Source of the DNA: Treponemataceae bacterium
Lineage (GTDB): Bacteria > Spirochaetota > Spirochaetia > Treponematales > Rectinemataceae
Direction of reading: 5' to 3'
Length of the DNA: 64,000 bases
Assembly (NCBI GenBank): GCA_963678065.2
Contig: CAXXVZ010000003.1
Location: forward strand, 160,001 to 224,000
Below are positions 28,001 through 37,000 of the stretch, piece by piece. The notes beneath the pieces were generated by a model. It made no database searches. It saw nothing but the letters and a program-made list of their open reading frames with translations, and was not told where the DNA came from. The translations under genes were made by a program, and so were the position numbers. Numbering within the stretch: the first letter of the stretch is position 1; every line of letters starts with the position of its first letter.

Positions 28001-31000
28001 CTGGTGTACGCGTCGGGGCCGAGTCCGAAAGCGGAGACGGGGAGTTTTGTGCTGGATGCGACGTATCCGGCGGCGAGCCTTACGGAGAAGGAAGCAGGGT
28101 CGGTGTTCAGTCCGGACGGGGATGGGGTGAAGGATGTGAAAGCCTACGCCATCACGGGGACGAAGGAAGAGTTGTGGGTTCTGGAGATCAAGGATGGTGC
28201 TGGGCAGGTAGTGCGGTTGCAGGAATACCGGAATGCATCGCCGGAAGAGTTTGTGTGGGATGGGCGGGACAACACGGGCAAGATAGCGCCGGATGGGAGC
28301 TACGTACTTGAGCTGAGGAGTGAGGACAAGGCGGGGAACGCGGTGAAGCTGGTATCGCGGGCGGTGAAGATAGACACGCGCAAGCCAGCGGTATCGGTGG
28401 GAGTGGACAAGGACGCGTTCAGTCCGAACGGGGACGGGATCAAGGACAGTCTGGAACTGACGGTGAAAGTGCCGTTGCGGGAAGGGTTGACGAAGTGGAG
28501 TGTTCGGATAGTCGGGAAGGCAGGGAACACGGTATGGAGTCGGGAAGGGAGTGATCCTGCTGGGCTTGGGGATAAGTATGTGCTGGATGGGAAGATCTCG
28601 GTAGCTGGTGCGAGTGGAGCGGAAGTGTCGCTGTGGCCGGAAGGGGAATACAAGGCGGTGATGGAGCTGTCGTACGACTCGGGGTATGAGCCGAAGGCGG
28701 AGACGGGATGGTTCCTGATGGACTCGGTGTTTCCGAAGGCGACGATGGAAGAGAAGGAGCCAGGGACGGTGTTCAGTCCGGACGGGGATGGGGTACGGGA
28801 TGTGAAGGGCTGGACGATCACGGGATCGGTGGAAGAGCTATGGACTCTGGAAGTGAAGGACAAAGCGGGGAAGGTAGTTCGTTCGGTGGAATACCGGAAC
28901 GCGAAGCCGGAAGATTTCGTGTGGGACGGTCGGGACAATGTGGGGAAACCCGCATCAGATGGCGAGTATGTGGTGGAGTTAAGGAGTGCGGACAGGGCGG
29001 GGAACGCGGTGAAGCTGGTATCGCGGACGGTGAAGATAGACACGCGCAAGCCAGTGGTGACGCTGAGTGTGGATCGAGATGCGTTCAGTCCGAACGGGGA
29101 TGGGATCAAGGATACGGTGACGCTGAGTCCGAAGCTGGAGCAGAAGGACGGGATACTGAGCTGGAAGCTGTGGGTTCGGGATCTAGCGGGGAAGGATATC
29201 TGGACAGTCTCAGGAGACGGGACGGCGCTGCCGGCAGGGGCGTACGTGCTGGACGGGAAGACGGATGGGACTGGTGCGAAAGTGATATGGCCGGAAGGCG
29301 AGTACAAGGCAGGGATCGAGCTGGTGTACGCGTCGGGGCCGAGTCCGAAAGCGGAGACGGGGAGTTTTGTGCTGGATGCGACGTATCCGGCGGCGAGTGT
29401 TACGGAGAAGGAAGCAGGGTCGGTGTTCAGTCCGGACGGGGATGGGGTGAAGGATGTGAAAGCCTACGCCATCACGGGGACGAAGGAAGAGTTGTGGGTT
29501 CTGGAGATCAAGGATGGTGCTGGGCAGGTAGTGCGGTTGCAGGAATACCGGAATGCATCGCCGGAAGAGTTTGTGTGGGATGGGCGGGACAACACGGGCA
29601 AGATAGCGCCGGATGGGAGCTACGTACTTGAGCTGAGGAGTGAGGACAAGGCGGGGAACGCGGTGAAGCTGGTATCGCGGGCGGTGAAGATAGACACGCG
29701 CAAGCCAGCGGTATCGGTGGGAGTGGACAAGGACGCGTTCAGTCCGAACGGGGACGGGATCAAGGACAGTCTGGAACTGACGGTGAAAGTGCCGTTGCGG
29801 GAAGGGTTGACGAAGTGGAGTGTTCGGATAGTCGGGAAGGCAGGGAACACGGTATGGAGCCGGGAAGGGAGTGATCCTGCTGGGCTTGGGGATAAGTATG
29901 TGCTGGATGGGAAGATCTCGGTAGCTGGTGCGAGTGGAGCGGAAGTGTCGCAGTGGCCGGAAGGGGAATACAAGGCGGTGATGGAGCTGTCGTACGACTC
30001 GGGGTATGAGCCGAAGGCGGAGACGGGATGGTTCCTGATGGACTCGGTGTTTCCGAAGGCGACGATGGAAGAGAAGGAGCCAGGGACGGTGTTCAGTCCG
30101 GACGGGGATGGGGTACGGGATGTGAAGGGCTGGACGATCACGGGATCGGTGGAAGAGCTATGGACTCTGGAAGTGAAGGACAAAGCGGGGAAGGTAGTTC
30201 GTTCGGTGGAATACCGGAACGCGAAGCCGGAAGATTTTGTGTGGGACGGTCGGGACAATGTGGGGAAACCCGCATCAGATGGCGAGTATGTGGTGGAGTT
30301 AAGGAGTGCGGACAGGGCGGGGAACGCGGTGAAGCTGGTATCGCGGACGGTGAAGATAGACACGCGCAAGCCAGTGGTGACGCTGAGTGTGGATCGAGAT
30401 GCGTTCAGTCCGAACGGGGATGGGATCAAGGAAAACCTGACTGTGAGCGTCAATGTTCCGCTCAGGGAAGGGCTGACATCCTGGAAGCTGGCCGTATCGG
30501 ACAAATCCGGCAAGGAAATGTGGTCGGCGAGCGGAAAAGATTCTTCGACTCTTCCTGGATATATTGTCCTCGATTCCGAGCACCCCGAAGCGGGGCTTGT
30601 GGCCTCCTGGCCCGATGGCGAATACCTCGCCACCCTCTCTCTGGGCTACGCTTCCGGCTACGCTCCTTCAGTGCGGTCGTCGGTGTTCATTCTGGACAGG
30701 AAGTACCCGCAGGCATCCGTCTCCGTTGACCGGACCGCTTTCAACCCATCGGGAAGTGTCGGGCAGAATCTTGTCCGCATCACCCAGAAAGGAAGCGCCG
30801 AGGAGACGTGGAACGGGGAGATTCAGGACTCCACCGGGAGCTCGGTGCGATCCTGGAAATTCACGGGAGAGCCGCAGGCGGTGCTGGAGTGGGACGGCAT
30901 GGACCGGAACGGCAAGCTGTTGCCCGACGGGATGTATTCGTATGTCCTTAAGTCGACCGACCGTGCGGGGAACTCTTTCTCCACGGCCCCGATCCAGATC

Positions 31001-34000
31001 GCAGTCGATACAGAGAAGAAGACTCTCATTCTCACCTCGGATCGCAGGGCGTTCAGTCCGAACGGCGATGGAGTGAACGAGACCCTGACATTTACAGTCC
31101 GTTTCCGTGCGGCTGAGCGAATAAAGAGTTACGAGCTGACCGTAACGCCTCTCGGAGCTTCCGCTTCCGCTACATCCAGAACTGTCAGAACCTGGAAGGG
31201 CAGCTCGGGCTTGTTCGAAACCTATGTGTGGGATGGACTTGCCGACGATGGTTCCCGCATGCCTGATGGCAGCTATGTGGCGAAGCTGGTCGTAGTTTAC
31301 CAGAACGATGACAGGATCGAGGCCGTGACACCTCCCCTCATCATCGATACGGTCCGTCCGTCTATCACGGTCTCTGTCTCTCCTCTCATTTTCTCTCCGA
31401 ACGGGGACGGGAGGAGCGATTTCGTACTGTTTAAACAAAGATCGGTCGTGGGCGATGATTGGACAGGTACAATAACCTCTCCGTCCGGAGCGGAAGTCCG
31501 GGTCTGGTCCTGGAAATCCGACGCAGGCGATTTCATCTGGGACGGTAAAGACAGGGCAGGAAACATACTGCCTGACGGTACATACACGTATCGCATTGTC
31601 GCTACGGACTCTGCCGGTAACTTCTGCGATTCGGGCCCGATCGCCATACAGCTGGAGACGGAGAAGAAAGCGGTGACGCTGAGCGCGGACAAGAGAGCGT
31701 TCAGTCCGAACGGGGATGGGGTGAACGACACGCTGTCGCTGTTGGTGCAGGCGGCCACACCGACAAAAGTCAAGAGTTATGAACTTGTGATATCGGCGCA
31801 GAATGTGTCTGGTCTTTCTGCCGGCAAGACGGTGCGCAGCTGGAAGGGTGTCGATGGCTTGCAGTCTCTGTACCAGTGGGATGGACTCACGGATGAAGGG
31901 CTCAAGGCGCCTGACGGGATGTACAGTGCGAAGCTGTCGGTGCTGTACAAGAACGACGACAAGTTTGACGTTTCGGTGAGCGATCTGGCGATGGACCGGG
32001 TTGTGCCGAGCGCGAAAGTGTCGGCGAGCCTGGAAATATTCTCACCGAACGGGGATGGGCGGAGCGACACGGTGACCTACGTGCAGAGCTCGGTGCCTGG
32101 GGATGACTGGACGGGGAGGATGAAGGACCAGGCGGGGAAGGTGGTGAGGAGCTGGGTCTGGAAGAATGAGCTGAAAGATTTCGTGTGGGACGGGAAGGAC
32201 GCTGGTGGAGCGCTGTTGCCCGACGGGATCTACAGCTATGAGGTGAGCGCGACGGACATCGCGGGGAACAGCTTCACGGCGGGACCGGTGACGGTGAGAT
32301 TGGAGACGGCGAAGAAGGCGGTGACGCTGAGCGCGGACAAGAGAGCGTTCAGTCCGAACGGGGACAAGGTGAACGACACGCTGACACTGCGGGTGCAGGC
32401 AGCTACGCCGGAGAAGATCAAGAGCTTCGAGCTGGCGGTGACAGCCCAGGCAGTGACGGGAGTCACGCCGGGGATGGCGGTGAAGAGCTGGAAGGGGAAA
32501 GAGGGAATACAGGATCTGTATGTGTGGGACGGGCTGACGGATGAGGGGAGGAAAGCACCGGACGGGATGTACGGAGCGAAGCTGTCGGTGCTCTATCAGA
32601 ACGACGACAGGTTCGACGTTTCGGTGAGCGGAATAGCGATGGACAGCGTGGTTCCGAGCGCGACGGTATCGGTTGGGTCCGAGATCTTCTCTCCGAACGG
32701 TGATGGGCGGAGCGACACGGTGACGTTCAGCCAGAGCTCGGTGCCGGGAGACGACTGGACCGGCGTGATGAAGAACGAAACGGGGAAGGTGGTGAGGAGC
32801 TGGGCCTGGAAGAATGAGCTGAAGGATCTGGTGTGGGACGGGAAGGACCAGAGTGGAGTACTCCTGCCCGATGGGATCTACAGCTATGAGGTGAGCGCGA
32901 CGGACATCGCGGGGAACAGCTTCACGGCAGGACCGGTGACGGTGAGACTGGAGACGGAGAAGAAAGCGGTGACGCTGAGCGCGGACAAGAGAGCGTTCAG
33001 TCCGAACGGCGACAAATTGAACGACACGCTGACGCTGATGGTGCAAGCGAGTACTCCTGCGAGGATCAAGAGTTGGGAACTTGTGATATCGGCGCAGAAC
33101 GCGCAGGGACTTGCGTCTGGAGTGGTGCGCAGCTGGAAGGGGAGTGAGGATCTGCAGAGCCGGTACGAGTGGGATGGCATGAGCGACGGCAAGAGCGCGG
33201 CACCTGACGGGATGTACAGTGCGAAACTGTCGGTTTTGTACAAGAACGACGACAAGTTTGACGTTTCGGTGAGCGATCTGGCGATGGATCGGGTTGTGCC
33301 GAGCGCGAAAGTGTCGGCGAGCCTGGAAATCTTCTCTCCGAACGGGGATGGGCGGAGCGACACGGTGACGTTCAGCCAGAGCTCGGTGCCGGGAGACGAC
33401 TGGACCGGCGTGATGAAGAACGAAACGGGCAAGGTGGTGAGGAGCTGGGCCTGGAAGAATGAACTGAAAGATTTCGCCTGGGACGGGAAGGATCAGAATG
33501 GGATACTCCAGCCCGACGGGATCTACGTGTACACGGTGAGCGCGACGGACATCGCGGGGAACAGCTTCACGGCGGGACCGCTTTCCGTCCGACTCGAGAA
33601 CGAGAAGAAGGCGGTGACGCTGAGCGCGGACAAGAGAGCGTTCAGTCCGAACGGGGATGGGGTGAACGACACGCTGTCGCTGCTGGTGCAGGCGGCCACA
33701 CCGACAAAAGTCAAGAGTTATGAACTTGTGATATCGGCGCAGAATGTGTCCGGACTTTCTGCCGGCAAGACGGTGCGCAGCTGGAAGGGCGTCGATGGCT
33801 TGCAGTCTCTGTACCAGTGGGACGGACTCACGGATGAGGGGCTCAAGGCGCCTGACGGGATGTACAGTGCGAAGCTGTCGGTGCTGTACAAGAACGACGA
33901 CAAGTTTGACGTTTCGGTGAGCGATCTGGCGATGGACCGGGTTGTGCCGAGCGCGAAAGTGTCGGCGAGCCTGGAAATATTCTCACCGAACGGGGATGGG

Positions 34001-37000
34001 CGGAGCGACACGGTGACCTACGTGCAGAGCTCGGTGCCTGGGGATGACTGGACGGGGAGGATGAAGGACCAGGCGGGGAAGGTGGTGAGGAGCTGGGTCT
34101 GGAAGAATGAGCTGAAAGATTTCGTGTGGGACGGGAAGGATGCTGGTGGAGCGCTGTTGCCCGACGGGATCTACAGCTATGAGGTGAGTGCGACGGACAT
34201 CGCGGGGAACAGCTTCACGGCGGGACCGGTGACGGTGAGACTGGAGACGGCGAAGAAGGCGGTGACGCTGAGCGCGGACAAGAGAGCGTTCAGTCCGAAC
34301 GGGGACAAGGTGAACGACACGCTGACACTGCGGGTGCAGGCAGCTACGCCGGAGAAGATCAAGAGCTTCGAGCTGGCGGTGACAGCCCAGGCAGTGACGG
34401 GAGTCACGCCGGGGATGGCGGTGAAGAGCTGGAAGGGGAAAGAAGGAATACAGGATCTGTATGTGTGGGACGGGCTGACGGATGATGGGAGGAAAGCACC
34501 GGACGGGATGTACGGAGCGAAGCTGTCGGTGCTCTATCAGAACGACGACAGGTTCGATGTTTCGGTGAGCGGAATAGCGATGGACAGCGTGGTTCCGAGC
34601 GCGACGGTATCGGTTGGGTCCGAGATCTTCTCTCCGAACGGTGATGGGCGGAGCGACACGGTGACGTTCAGCCAGAGCTCGGTGCCGGGAGACGACTGGA
34701 CCGGCGTGATGAAGAACGAAACGGGGAAGGTGGTGAGGAGCTGGGCCTGGAAGAGTGAGCTGAAGGATCTGGTGTGGGACGGGAAGGACCAGAGTGGAGT
34801 ACTCCTGCCCGACGGGATCTACAGCTATGAGGTGAGCGCGACGGACATCGCGGGGAACAGCTTCACGGCAGGACCGGTGACGGTGAGACTGGAGACGGAG
34901 AAGAAAGCGGTGACGCTGAGCGCGGACAAGAGAGCGTTCAGTCCGAACGGCGACAAATTGAACGACACGCTGACGCTGATGGTGCAAGCGAGTACTCCTG
35001 CGAGGATCAAGAGTTGGGAACTTGTGATATCGGCGCAGAACGCGCAGGGACTTGCGTCTGGAGTGGTGCGCAGCTGGAAGGGGAGTGAGGATCTGCAGAG
35101 CCGGTACGAGTGGGATGGCATGAGCGACGGCAAGAGCGCGGCACCTGACGGGATGTACAGTGCGAAACTGTCGGTTTTGTACAAGAACGACGACAAGTTT
35201 GACGTTTCGGTGAGCGATCTGGCGATGGATCGGGTTGTGCCGAGCGCGAAAGTGTCGGCGAGCCTGGAAATCTTCTCTCCGAACGGTGATGGGCGGAGCG
35301 ACACGGTGACGTTCAGCCAGAGCTCGGTGCCGGGAGACGATTGGATCGGCGTGATGAAGAACGAAACGGGCAAGGTGGTGAGGAGCTGGGTCTGGAAGAA
35401 TGAACTGAAAGATTTCGCCTGGGACGGGAAGGATCAGAATGGGATACTCCAGTCCGACGGGATCTACGTGTACACGGTGAGCGCGACGGACATCGCGGGG
35501 AACAGCTTCACGGCGGGACCGCTTTCCGTCCGACTCGAGAACGAGAAGAAGGCGGTGACGCTGAGCGCGGACAAGAGAGCGTTCAGTCCGAACGGGGATG
35601 GGGTGAACGACACGCTGTCGCTGTTGGTGCAGGCGGCCACACCGACAAAAGTCAAGAGTTATGAACTTGTGATATCGGCGCAGAATGTGTCTGGTCTTTC
35701 TGCCGGCAAGACGGTGCGCAGCTGGAAGGGTGTCGATGGCTTGCAGTCTCTGTACCAGTGGGATGGACTCACGGATGAGGGGCTCAAGGCGCCTGACGGG
35801 ATGTACAGTGCGAAGCTGTCGGTGCTGTACAAGAACGACGACAAGTTTGACGTTTCGGTGAGCGATCTGGCGATGGACCGGGTTGTGCCGAGCGCGAAAG
35901 TGTCGGCGAGCCTGGAAATATTCTCACCGAACGGGGATGGGCGGAGCGACACGGTGACCTACGTGCAGAGCTCGGTGCCTGGGGATGACTGGACGGGGAG
36001 GATGAAGGACCAGGCGGGGAAGGTGGTGAGGAGCTGGGTCTGGAAGAATGAGCTGAAAGATTTCGTGTGGGACGGGAAGGACGCTGGTGGAGCGCTGTTG
36101 CCCGACGGGATCTACAGCTATGAGGTGAGCGCGACGGACATCGCGGGGAACAGCTTCACGGCGGGACCGGTGACGGTGAGATTGGAGACGGCGAAGAAGG
36201 CGGTGACGCTGAGCGCGGACAAGAGAGCGTTCAGTCCGAACGGGGACAAGGTGAACGACACGCTGACACTGCGGGTGCAGGCAGCTACGCCGGAGAAGAT
36301 CAAGAGCTTCGAGCTGGCGGTGACAGCCCAGGCAGTGACGGGAGTCACGCCGGGGATGGCGGTGAAGAGCTGGAAGGGGAAAGAGGGAATACAGGATCTG
36401 TATGTGTGGGACGGGCTGACGGATGAGGGGAGGAAAGCACCGGACGGGATGTACGGAGCGAAGCTGTCGGTGCTCTATCAGAACGACGACAGGTTCGACG
36501 TTTCGGTGAGCGGAATAGCGATGGACAGCGTGGTTCCGAGCGCGACGGTATCGGTTGGGTCCGAGATCTTCTCTCCGAACGGTGATGGGCGGAGCGACAC
36601 GGTGACGTTCAGCCAGAGCTCGGTGCCGGGAGACGACTGGACCGGCGTGATGAAGAACGAAACGGGGAAGGTGGTGAGGAGCTGGGCCTGGAAGAATGAG
36701 CTGAAGGATCTGGTGTGGGACGGGAAGGACCAGAGTGGAGTACTCCTGCCCGATGGGATCTACAGCTATGAGGTGAGCGCGACGGACATCGCGGGGAACA
36801 GCTTCACGGCGGGACCGGTGACGGTGAGACTGGAGACGGAGAAGAAAGCGGTGACACTGAGCGCGGACAAGAGAGCGTTCAGTCCGAACGGCGACAAATT
36901 GAACGACACGCTCGCCCTGCGGGTCCAGGCTGCCTCCCCGACCAAGGTCAGGAGCTTCGAACTCGCCGTGATCACGCAGAATGTGTCCGGTCTTTCTGCC

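Noticed and set aside
25066..36912. Arrays as CRISPR, DGR template/variable repeats or IS copies
   Set aside because: Units are kb-scale, in-frame and spacer-free; differences are not adenine-specific; no cas, reverse transcriptase or transposase in the window
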